This document shows positions 52,980 through 64,000 of a DNA stretch of 64,000 nt, in pieces; position 1 is the first letter of the stretch; each line of letters starts with the position of its first letter. Under the pieces are notes generated by a model. The model was given only the letters and a program-made list of their open reading frames with translations. It made no database searches and was not told the origin of the DNA. The stretch spans positions 19,840,001 to 19,904,000 of the forward strand of contig NC_043004.1 of the NCBI RefSeq assembly GCF_006345805.1. Direction: 5' to 3'. Source of the DNA: Octopus sinensis (lineage: Eukaryota). The translations under genes were made by a program, and so were the position numbers.

Positions 52980-55900
52980 TGCATAAGCAATAAGACTTAC
53001 GTATCTATACAATGCATACGTATTAATTCTTCCCATTGAATATAAGATTTTTTGAATTTGAAATACAGTACTTCATAATGTATGTAATGGATTGATATTT
53101 AGAATTTAAAAAATACTTATTTTAAAAAACATCATCAAATACCAAAGTAAAGAGAACGCACTATGTTTTAAAGGTGTGAATCACCAAACAGAACAGACAT
53201 TTAAAGTGAGCATTTTGAATGCAAGTAGTTGGACGTAGTTTTTTATAATTATCAATTTTCCTTTCCTTTTTGATCGAATAATGAATTAAGAGCTAATAGC
53301 TCTAAATAGTAGAAATTATTCCAGTTAAATAATATTATTTTAAAAACAAGGTATCGTATTTTATAATAGATATCTAATGAAAATTACTCTATCGATACAT
53401 ATTCCACAAATATCAATTTATAAATTAGGTAAGATGAATTTTTTTGGTCTTAAACTACGTAAAAAGCTCTCAGTTCTATTTATATGTCTTTATGATGAAT
53501 ATATAAATATGATTATTAGAACAGTAGCGTAACTCCACAAGATATGATAATCTAACAATGAGTGAACTTCACTTGCATAGGAGATGTATGGGTCTCATTC
53601 AGCGCAGTAACAATTACATATCAATGTAAACTAAGCTACGTTACGCTAAACTAACTAACCCGTCCTCTCTTGTTACACCAAATCAAGCGTTTTGAGAAAA
53701 AATTTAAATGGATGAGCATTAGGCACACATCTCTACTTCTGGTCCCCGCTTTCCCTTTAGCTCCTTGCATTCCTGCTGTTATCATAAACAAAACCCAAAG
53801 ATGCTGTGGACCACAGAACCCATCTTGTTTTAACTTATCTCATTTTCTTTCTTGAATAACGATGATTTACATTATGTCATATGGCAGGGATGAGACAGCA
53901 GTTCCCCTCGCTCTGTTAATAAAATTACATTTGTTAAATGCAGTTTTGGGTCGAGTTATGGTAAATTCCTGTGAGTTTAAGAATCGGTGGCTTAGTGCAA
54001 CATAAATACAGAAATAAGGAATCTTCTGAAGCCAATAAAGCATTAAATATTAATTTCGAACTTATTGTAAAATTATTGCTAGCATGAAACACAGATGTTC
54101 ATAATATTTTCGAAAACGTTATATCTACAAATTACGGCTCATGTCATATCAGAAAGTACACAACAAATATAGTTGTGCTGAAGCATGCATACAATATGTC
54201 GGCCACGACATGTTTGTTTTTCCCACATTCAGGTTTCCCCCTTGTAGCGCACTGCCCACTTAACTTATTAATTTCTCCTTAGAACGTCAACCTCATGTTT
54301 TTTTTAGTTAATGGCTTCCTTATTTTCATGCTAAATAAAAATTGGATCTACCAGATCAGGTTCAGAGAACCTGCGGATTTTGGGTTCACCGTCACTACCA
54401 CTTCATAAGTTATAAAAAAATATGTTTTGTTCTTTAACACAAGCCACTTTTTGACGTGAAAAAGTCCGTGGTGATACGATGTTATATTTGGCTTCATACA
54501 CAATTATCATTAAGAGTTACAATATATTTACACTGATATTAATTCAAGTTATACTCACAAAACTACCAATATTAAATTTGTTCCTGATCAGCAGTATTTG
54601 CCTACTTTCGATGTTAGCTCCATAATTCATCTGATTCATTAATTTGTGCCACATAATGATTCAATATTTTTTGTCTCCGACCCTGTGCTATTTATCGATA
54701 TTTGGAGCATTTCTATATGATGTTTTCAATGTATTATGTTCGTATTTATTATTTTACTTATGAGTTCCCTGTAACTGAATATGTTTGCAGTACAAATCTA
54801 AACACAATTGGAAGAGAAAACATTAACAGTATGCACAGTACAACTCCTTTCAATGTACTATTCAAATAACAACTCAACTGTGTACTATATTTACTTTTCC
54901 TATTACTGTTTTATTGGTGGTTGTAATCATAAAAAATTTTCAAAGTTGTCAGCAATGAGAATAATAAAATGAAAATGAAATGAGAATAGTTTCTAAAACA
55001 AAAATGAAACATTCATAAAAATGATGGTACTCTAACCGATAAAGTAATGAAATTAATGAAATGTAATGTTTTTCCTACATCACGATGTATTTTAATAACG
55101 TAATAAATTTTAGCATTCAAACGCTTTGATTTAGGAGGTAGAACATTGATATCATTGCCAGAATGGATAAAGTATCGTTAATAATAGAAAAGCATGCGTT
55201 TACTAATTTGTTTAATTAGATGTGTCAGAATAATTTTGTATAATAAATGGAAATAATTGTTTTGTACATTATGTTATTGTCCAAATATTTCTAGTTTCAG
55301 TTTTATGTATTTATGTATTTCGTCATTTTCTATTGCTATATAGTGCTAGATATTTAGTAGAGTATATCAAATTTAATGAATACTTTGTAAATCTGCATAT
55401 GTCAAGATATTTTATTTATACTATAATAACAGAAATTTACGTCTTTTTATTACGTAACTTGAACCATTTTATTTGGTCTGGAGTAAGGGGCTATATCCAC
55501 AGATTTCACAAGTTGTTCGATATCGGTGAAATCGATGCAGTTCCTCAGTTGGCTGTGATATGAAAAAACATAAAGAAGGATGAAAATCTGGAATATCGAA
55601 GTCCCATAGAAAATGAACCCGTTGTATTGGTTAGTGCGATGTCGGGTGAATTGAATATGGACAGAATATGTGTAACGAGAGGAGTAGAGACAGAAGTGTT
55701 ATCTAAGAGGAGCCGGATACCTAAGTGTAGAACAGCAGCACATCCGAAACGTAGGAAACAGTAACACACGTAAAGAATAAATTACTACTAAAAACTATCA
55801 GTTATAGAAATAGCTGTATATACTTAACGCTATATTACATCATTGAACCAGTATCAAATGCGAAGTGTAGGAGTAAATATTTGGTAATCAGAAAATATAT

Positions 55901-57462
55901 TTTAACTTAGTAATATGCGTTTATTTTCATTTTCGTATCATCCTAAAATTCTCTATCACATAAAGTTATTATAAATATTTAAGTGCCAAATAACTTTAAA
56001 TTCAAGCACCCTATACCATGGTGTTTATGAATCATCTTCACGTGACAAGGCTGCTATTAAATCTAAACAAGGATTGCCAAAATTTAGTTATATATATCGA
56101 AAGAGGAGCGGTAGACATGACATGTGCAGATCCTCCAATAATGTTGAATTCTAAATAATATTTATTAATGTGTGACAGATGTTATTCATGAACATAAGAG
56201 TGACTGCAGAGAATTTGGTTTTAGACGAAACGTATGATTTTAAATATAATAATTTATATAAAAATACTGACCAAAATAACATACATGATAGAAAAGCTGA
56301 TTATCGTATTAAGCACGCAACGTAACCCAGACATTTCCCCATAAAAGCTATTCAGTTCTATTTAACATATTAAATATCTTAAATGTATCGACATTGACTA
56401 CCTTTTTGTTTCTGCTGTTGTGTAGACTTATTGCTGTAAAGTTATTTTTGTATTAAAATAGCGTTATTGTTGTATCGATGCAGATTTATATATGTACTTA
56501 TGCAGAGTTAGTACTCTACAAGTGTAGAGTTATTTTTGCATTAATATAGACTTATCGCGGTAATATACAAAGTTGTTTTCTTAGACTATCCTACATTCAA
56601 CATTGAAATATCGTTTAACTGTAATGTCTGAAAATCAAATAAATTACTTCTGGTCTGAAACGCCTCTGTGTAAACGTATGATTTTATTTATAACAGGTTT
56701 TTCGTTTATTTTATGACATTTTGTATCCAGTCGTAGTGAGTCCGTTTATGTGAACTGGATTTTATCATGAATAATTAATACAATACTCTCTATGTAGGGA
56801 AATTCTATAAGTGATGATATACTGCAAAAGGCATAAAAATATACATTTGATAAATTCTTTGAATGGAATATTTTGAAAGATAACTGAATAAATTAAATAG
56901 AAAAATGCATTGAAGCTTGATGTTTACAAGTTTTTCATACTATTTCATATGAAATATGCATGAAATAAAGACTTTTATTTGTATTGAATCCTAAGTTAAT
57001 TCATGTTACTTGATGCTATAAATCCATAATTCTGCATACAAATTCATTATCTCTTATAATTTTGACCTTTCTAAATTTTGATTTAAATATATTTTTTTCT
57101 TATGGTATCTACCAATCAAAGACTATTGATAATAACATGTTATATATTCTATATTTACAGTTTACCATGAATTATAAAGAATCACCTTGATATATTTAGC
57201 TGCTTGCACTATATTTTAAGTAACAGAAAATGAGGCAATTTGTTTCTCGTGTTCCTATGTAATTAGCAGCATAAAACTTAACTGGAAATTGCCAACTATA
57301 CTATTACGAGAACAAGGTTTGACGTGTGCATTTATTTTAGACAAATAAAGCTATCTAAAATCATTGAATCAGAACACTAGTTCTATTTTCAAGTATTTAA
57401 TATAAACACCTGTGTCATAGTGTCAAAAACGTTTGTGTATGCTATCGCTTATCTTTTAAGAC

Positions 57463-57778
57463 TCCGCCGGTTACGACGACGAGGGTCCCAGCTGATACGA
57501 TCAACGGAACAGCTTGCTCGTGAAATTAACGTGCAAATGGCTGAGCATTCCACAGACACGTGTACCCTTAACGTAGTTCTCGGGGATAATCAGCGTGACA
57601 CAGAGAGTGACAAGGCTGACCCTTTGAAATACAAGTACAACTCATTTTTGCCAGCTGAGTGGACTGGAGCAACGTGAAATAAAGTGTCTTGCTCAAGGAC
57701 ACAACGCGTCGCCGGGAATCGAACTCACAACCTTACGATCATGAGCCGAATGCCCTAACCACTAAGCCACGCGCCCTC
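57463..57778 (-). mobile_element. tRNA-derived SINE (family B variant)
   Basis: Minus strand: A box TGGCTTAGTGG, B box GTTCGATTCC; body shared with 3470 and 20696. Confidence 0.9.
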
Positions 57779-58759
57779 ACATCGCTTATCTACACATAGG
57801 CACACACACACACTCAAACACACACACGCATACAATATTAAAACCGAAAAAATCTTCACAAATTGTTACTCGGAAACTGACGTAACCGTTCGTCCGACAT
57901 TTGCGATAAGATGGAATAAAATATTCTAAGATGGAATAAAATATTATACATATCATATAATATAATACAATGTAGGCATTGCCGTTCAACGAATAAGCAA
58001 TTGCATTAGATTGGGTGAGTCGTTTGTAAAGAATAACGGTGTGGCTTGGCTGCGTTAGGTGGTTAACTTTATCAGTGGAATGCACAATAATTAATAATAA
58101 TTCATTTGGAAAAACATCTTTGTGAAAGAGTGAGTAAAAATGAACAGAATATATCCAGAAAGAAGAATTACAAATAATTAAAAGGAATTATAGGATTGTA
58201 AAATAATGTATTTATAACTTGATATTATAATAAAAGATGAAAATAAAACCAGTATATGAGGAACTAAATAAGAAAACAAGTATATAAATAGTATATAATA
58301 CCTCAAATAAAAAAGAAGAAAAAAGAATAATAGCAATAATAGAGAGAAAAGAGAAGTAAAAAGGCAGAAAAATAGAAGAACGAAGAAATAATGCAAGACG
58401 GGAGAGAAAGAGGAAAAGAAACTAGGAGAGTTGGGACAAGAAAAAATACTATAGGATATATACGGGTATGTGTAGAGAAACAGGCTAGTTTAACGTTATA
58501 AGACATAAACTCTGTTGTAACGAATGTTATTTATCGAAGATTACCGAGTGTTGGTGGTGTTGTGGTGTGTCCGAAAGTTGATACGAACCAAGAAACAAAA
58601 CATAAAAAGAGTAAGATTATTAACAACAGAAAAAACTTAGGAGGATAATGTGTGAACACACACCATAAATGTAAAAGAAAAATATAAAGTAATAGATGTA
58701 CGTAACGATATATATACATAGACATGCAGAAAGTAAAGAGACACCTTTAATTTTCAAAA

Positions 58760-59325
58760 TCTTTTATTTAATACACAGAGCGAACAATTGAGATGTAATC
58801 GATAGGAAGGACTACATACTTTAGTATTTAGTTGACATTCCTTTTGCAGTTTTTAATTCAGAAACTCTTTTTGGCATTGAACTGATGAGCTTTGTGATTG
58901 TCTCTTGTGGAATTTCGGCCCAATTTTCACGCAACAATCGAAACAATTCATCTTTAGATTTAGGTTTCTGTCGAGGTTTTCGTATAGCTCTATCTAATAT
59001 GCTCCAAAGATTTTCAATTGGGTTCATGTCAGGAGATTGGCTCGGCCAAGGAGGCTTTTTGATCCCGTAATTGTTGATTCCTGTTCGCTGTGTGGCATGG
59101 AGCCCCATCTTCCAGGAATGAAAACACATTTTCGTTGTTATCATGTGAATGCATCAGAAGTAGTCCTTGCTTAATTATTTCGATGCATGTTTCAGAGTTT
59201 ATGGTTCCAACACTTTCGATCAGCTCAGAACAACCATTGCTGGTGACAGCTCCCCATACCATTACAGAGATACCGCCATGTTTCACAGTTGGTAAGAGTT
59301 GTTTCAAATCAAATTCTTGATTGGG
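58760..59325 (-). mobile_element. Tc1-like transposase C-terminal remnant
   Basis: PTVKHGGISVMVWG, EDGAPCH, WPSQSPDMNPIENLWSIL, LISSMPKRV, KGMSTKY. Confidence 0.9.
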
Positions 59326-59329
59326 AAGC

Positions 59330-59820
59330 CTCCAGACCCTAACACGTTCACTGTCTGAAAATAATGCAACAAGATGGGAGAGTAATGTCGTGAGCTGGTA
59401 TCATTGGGGACAGACATTTTGGCCCAGACAGGGCGCCTGAAGGTTAAAGTGACCTCAGCTGCCTACTGCAATTTCCTGAAGGAGGTCTTTGATCCCTGGC
59501 TAGATGACGTGCCACTATCACATCTAAGGAATCTCATATTCATGCATGACAACGCTCCCTCCCACCCTGCTAGGAACATCGAAACATTACTAGGGTCTTA
59601 GAGTATACAAAGCATCACGGGATCTTAACTCTATCGAAAATGTTGGTCCATTTTGATGGCGATGGACGCCAATTTACGCCGAAAGATGTCTTATGGGCGA
59701 CCATCAAATCTGCAGCAGAGGCAGTCCAACCTGCTACTGCTAAGAAATTGATAGATCCCATGCTTAATAGGGTTTTTGAAGATATCCATAGCAATGAAGC
59801 TTATGTGGATAAATAATTAA
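59330..59820 (+). mobile_element. Tc1-like transposase C-terminal remnant (different family)
   Basis: MQQDGRVMS*AGIIG, KVTSAAYCNFLKEVFDPWL, IFMHDNAPSH, DLNSIEN. Confidence 0.85.
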
Positions 59821-59861
59821 TTTTGTTAATGAATGTTATAATATTATTATGGGTTTTTAGT

Positions 59862-60200
59862 TGATGGCTCAGTGGTTAGAGCGTCGAGCTTACGATCGTG
59901 AGGTTGTGAGCTCGAATCCCAGACCGGGCTGCGTGTTGTGTTCTCGAGCAAGGCACTTTATTTCACGTTGCTCCAGTTCACTCAGCTGTAGAAATGAGTT
60001 GCGACGTCACAGGTGCCAAGCTGTATCGACCTTTGTCTTTCCCTTGGATAACACTGGTGGCGTGGAGAGGGGAGGCTGGTATGCATGGGCGACTGCTAGC
60101 CTTCCATAAACAACCTTGCCCGGACTTGTGTCTAGGAGGGTAACTTTCTAGGTGCAATCCCATGGTCATTCATGACCGAAGGGGGTCTTTACCCTTACCC
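59862..60200 (+). mobile_element. tRNA-derived SINE (family B-type head, distinct 3' part)
   Basis: A box TGGCTCAGTGG, B-box-like GCTCGAATCC; TTTATTTCACGTTGCTCCAGTTCACTCAGCTG shared with the 57463 copy. Confidence 0.85.
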
Positions 60201-60720
60201 CTTATACCCAATGTATGCTTAATAGGTATCATTACCCTTGATTTCCTAAAAACAAAAATTGTCTAGATGGGCTATCTTCATTCAAAAAGCAAATTGGCGT
60301 AGTTCACACAAAAACTGAAGAATCTGATAAAATAGAAAGGACGTTACACAGAAGAATGGAAACGTAACAATGGTGTTGCCATAGTACGCAAACCAGCTGG
60401 GAAAGGTCTTATCAAAATCGATTCACAGAAAATCACGAAATTCTAATTTTCGCTCGTAAGCTATTAGCGTGGTTCTGGGTGTATATAAATTTCAAATTGT
60501 CAAATAATATGGAATTAATACGGTAGTTCGCTTTTATAAACTAAATTGGTTGAATGAATGAATCTCTAAAGTTACATTTGGTTTGGTGTTTCTTCTTGTT
60601 AGTTTTTTAACAGCTAAATGTTCATTTAAAATTTGACCTATATGGATTTGACCTATAATGTGTTGACATAAATTTTCGTAATATTATAAATAAATTTTAT
60701 AATATTGTGTATATATATAT

Positions 60721-60755
<35 letters not shown>

Positions 60756-60774
60756 TTATTTATTTATTTATATG

Positions 60775-60841
<67 letters not shown>

Positions 60842-60930
60842 TATATATATATTATATATATATAATATATATATATATATTATATATATATATATTATAT
60901 ATATATATATATATAATATATATATATATA

Positions 60931-61297
60931 GGTGCAGAAGTGGCTGTGTGGTAAGTAGCTTGTTTACCAACCACATGGTTCCGGGTTCAGTCCCACTGCG
61001 TGGCACCTTAGGCAAGTGTCTTCTACTATAGCCTCGGGCCGACCAAAGCCTTGTGAGTGGATTTGGTAGACGGAAACTATATGTGTGCGTGTATATTTGT
61101 GTTTGTCCCCCTAGTATTGCTTGACAACTGATGCTGACGTGTTTTTGTCCCCGTCAATTAGCGGTTCGGCAAGAGAGACAGATAGAATAAGTACTGGGCT
61201 CACAAAGAATAAGTCCGGGGTCGAATTGCTCGACTAAAGGCGGTGCTCTAGCATGGCCGCAGTCAAATGACTGAAACAAGTAAAAGAGTAAAAGAGT
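60931..61297 (+). mobile_element. SINE family A
   Basis: Full head and standard 3' end. Confidence 0.9.
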
Positions 61298-61669
61298 AAT
61301 ATATATATATATATGTGTGTGTGTATGTGTGTGTACGAGTGTGTGTGATTATGTATATATTTATATATATGTTAATGTAGGATTTATAAGGTGTCATCTA
61401 AAATAAAGATATGATTTTCTTTGTACATATTATTGATTGTTGTTAATACTCTGAATTTCTTAAAATTATGCATAAGGATTGTTGGTGTTACCTGCCATGC
61501 ATGAGGATGTACCTGGGACTTGTATTGTACATACATTTACTGTTATATACTTGTTGGAAAATTAACATTATCCCTTTATATTGAGTGCTTAATTGATATC
61601 TGCCATTATTTTTTAATCATTTTTTTTTACACGCACGCACACACACATACACACTCACTCACACACACA

Positions 61670-61738
<69 letters not shown>

Positions 61739-62120
61739 CTTTTGTATGTATATGTATATACTAACAAAACCTCCAGGTTAAATATACACATGGCTGAAAT
61801 CGGGCGAGTGAAAAAAAATAATAAAAACACTTCACATCAATTGTGAATTGGGTCCAATTTTCGGATTAAATCCACAGAAATAGGCTTTTTCCTTCCTCAG
61901 CACAATACACAAGACATTCTGACTTGCATCTTCCATTAGATAGGGTATGTCCTTTATTTTTAATATGGTTTCATATTCAATTCTGGTTTATAAAGCAGAG
62001 AACACAAATAAAGACAAAAAGATAAAACTTACAGAATTACCTCCCCTTTATTGCAAAATAAATGAGTGAAACATTATCTTCCCTAGCAATATTTTACCCC
62101 CCCTCCCACCCAGTTGTGTC

Positions 62121-62260
62121 TCCGTCTTCTAAATCCACTCACAAGGGTTTCGTCGGCCCGAGGCTACAGCAGAAGACACTTGCCCGAATGCCACGCGGTG
62201 GGACTGAACTCTGAATCGTATGGTTGGGAAACACGCTTCTTACTACACAGCCACGCCTGC
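62121..62260 (-). mobile_element. SINE family A, 5' half
   Basis: Reverse complement of CGCAGGCGTGGCTGTGTAGTAAG...TTCAGTCCCACCGCGTGGC...GTGAGTGGATTT. Confidence 0.85.
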
Positions 62261-64000
62261 GTTTATACATATACGCATGCACACAACCACGTGCACATAC
62301 ATATAAATATATAAAGCACAATAGAAGGTACTAGTGTCTCATATTGGCTACCTATTCCTCAGAGTGCACATTTTTTCAGATTAATCTTTTTCAATATCCA
62401 ATGAATTAAATTTGGTTTTGAATTGAATAAATATTATAGATTTGGAAGTGAAAGTATTTTTCAAATAGCGTAAATAATTACATCAGTGAGTTATTTTTTC
62501 TGTGTCTGAGACGAACTGATAACCTTTGTTCTTCATTCTGCTAGACAGATTGCATTGAAACCAACTCATGAGAAACTATATGTAAACGGTGGAAAATATT
62601 TCATTAATATCAATCATCTCTCCGCAAGCCTGCTAATAGAATATCAACTTTAGCTTGTGTTGATAGGTTTAAAATGTGATCTCAATTCGGAGTAATTATC
62701 CAGTAAAGAAAATATGAAAATACAGCAGTATATGTATAATCAGGAATTTCAGAAATAAAATACGGTAGAGGAACATATGACCATGGAAAAATATTTCTTT
62801 TCTGCTTGATTTTGATCTAATTTTCCTCATATCTTTGTTCGGTTTTGTTTTCTTCATTTTTTGTGTTTCTCCACTGTAATGGTTTGTTTTTCCTGTTATT
62901 ATCATTTGAGGACTGTACTCTAGGGATAATGGTCGATATCTTAATAAAGAACTAATAGTGTTATTCTTTCTCACAAACAGCGATTTTTATAGGATGCTAC
63001 TGTTAATATAATCTTAAAATTATCTCGTAGAATACGGTGTTATCATTATATCAAATTCCGTTACTAATAGCATGTAGTTTCGGATAACGATAGCAATAAT
63101 ATTTAATAATAATATAAATGGAACATTTAAATTTTACTAGTGAAAATTGAAAATATCGAAATTTCTCTTTACTGGACATGATATAACTCATATTTTAGAA
63201 TAATTGTTTTCCTTCATTTTTTAAAATCGTTTTACAGAACCCATGGTTATTTTATACATTTTTTTACAAGCAATGAAGCTATACACAAATTATAAATGGT
63301 TATTTCCATCGAATTACCTCAAGCTCCAAAAAATGTTATCACATGTATCTAGAGTTTTGAAATATAAGAATCAACAAGAGACTAAATAAATAACAAACAA
63401 ACATGTTAATCAATTTAATTGAAATTGTGGATGCATTAATTGATATTATTCACTTGTAATATTTCAACAAAAACAATTTATTTTAGAAGTGAATTCACAG
63501 TAAAGAAAGCTGTTGGGTAATTCATAGAGAGTGTTTTAAAGAAAATAACGACAACCTACTCAACCTATTCAATATTTACTCATACCCAAATGTGATATTC
63601 ACGCCACACTATGGATGTTACACAGTCATAAATTAACATTGTGTATGTATACTGCAGAAGCATCTCACGTCATTGTTACCTGAGAGTAACAGTTCCAATA
63701 TCACCTGGTAGAGGTATCGGACTGACTTTAAGTGGAAATCAAATTTGGAATAAATTTCCATTGAAATGTTCTGGAATAATCTATTATACATTGATCTGGT
63801 AACAGAGATGCACAGATTTTAATTGCTTTTGTTATTTGATACTTAAGACGTGTGATAGAAACGGAAATAATTTGAATAAGAATTGAGACCAACATGAAAC
63901 AACTCAATCACAGTTCGTTGCACTTAAATTAAAACATACTTAATTGGTAGCACATATCTTGGTATCAGCTGAATTATATTCCATTGTCAAGGATTTTTAA

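Noticed and set aside
55333-55763. 76-aa ORF whose frame continues past a TGA for about 66 codons, ending PKRRKQ (read-through or selenoprotein idea)
   Set aside because: TTG start, no recognisable homology, no SECIS-like element seen; only a faint IS630/Tc1-like resemblance (LNHFIWSGVRGY).

Overview
This 64-kb window is very AT-rich, dominated by microsatellites and repeats, and is eukaryotic non-coding DNA (intergenic or deep intronic). The tRNA-head SINE families, the dense (TA)n/(ATCT)n/(TATG)n tracts and the transposon mix suggest an Octopus (cephalopod) genome; this is inference. No host protein-coding gene could be identified with confidence, and nearly all ORF-track entries are microsatellite read-through. 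Recognisable content includes: a young 5'-truncated L1/Tx1-like LINE in (ATCT)n; an R4/Dong-like RLE retrotransposon in (TAA)n; Penelope GIY-YIG remnants; Tc1, mariner, Chapaev3-like and hAT-MITE fossils; and about 12 SINE copies. The main unexplained signal is a set of type I hammerhead ribozyme (HHR) folds found by eye. Two related non-coding elements (10457-11921 with a 587-bp unit; 35202-36174 with a ~525-530-bp unit) are head-to-tail arrays carrying one minus-strand HHR per unit. Each ends in an inverted partial copy and sits inside (TA)n. This resembles a retrozyme or Penelope pseudo-LTR system that could release ~0.5-0.6-kb self-cleaved, possibly circular, RNAs. A canonical stand-alone HHR lies at 50448-50508, a minimal HHR at 6082-6114, and several decayed HHRs elsewhere. 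All folds and alignments were done by eye and none has been tested computationally or biochemically.
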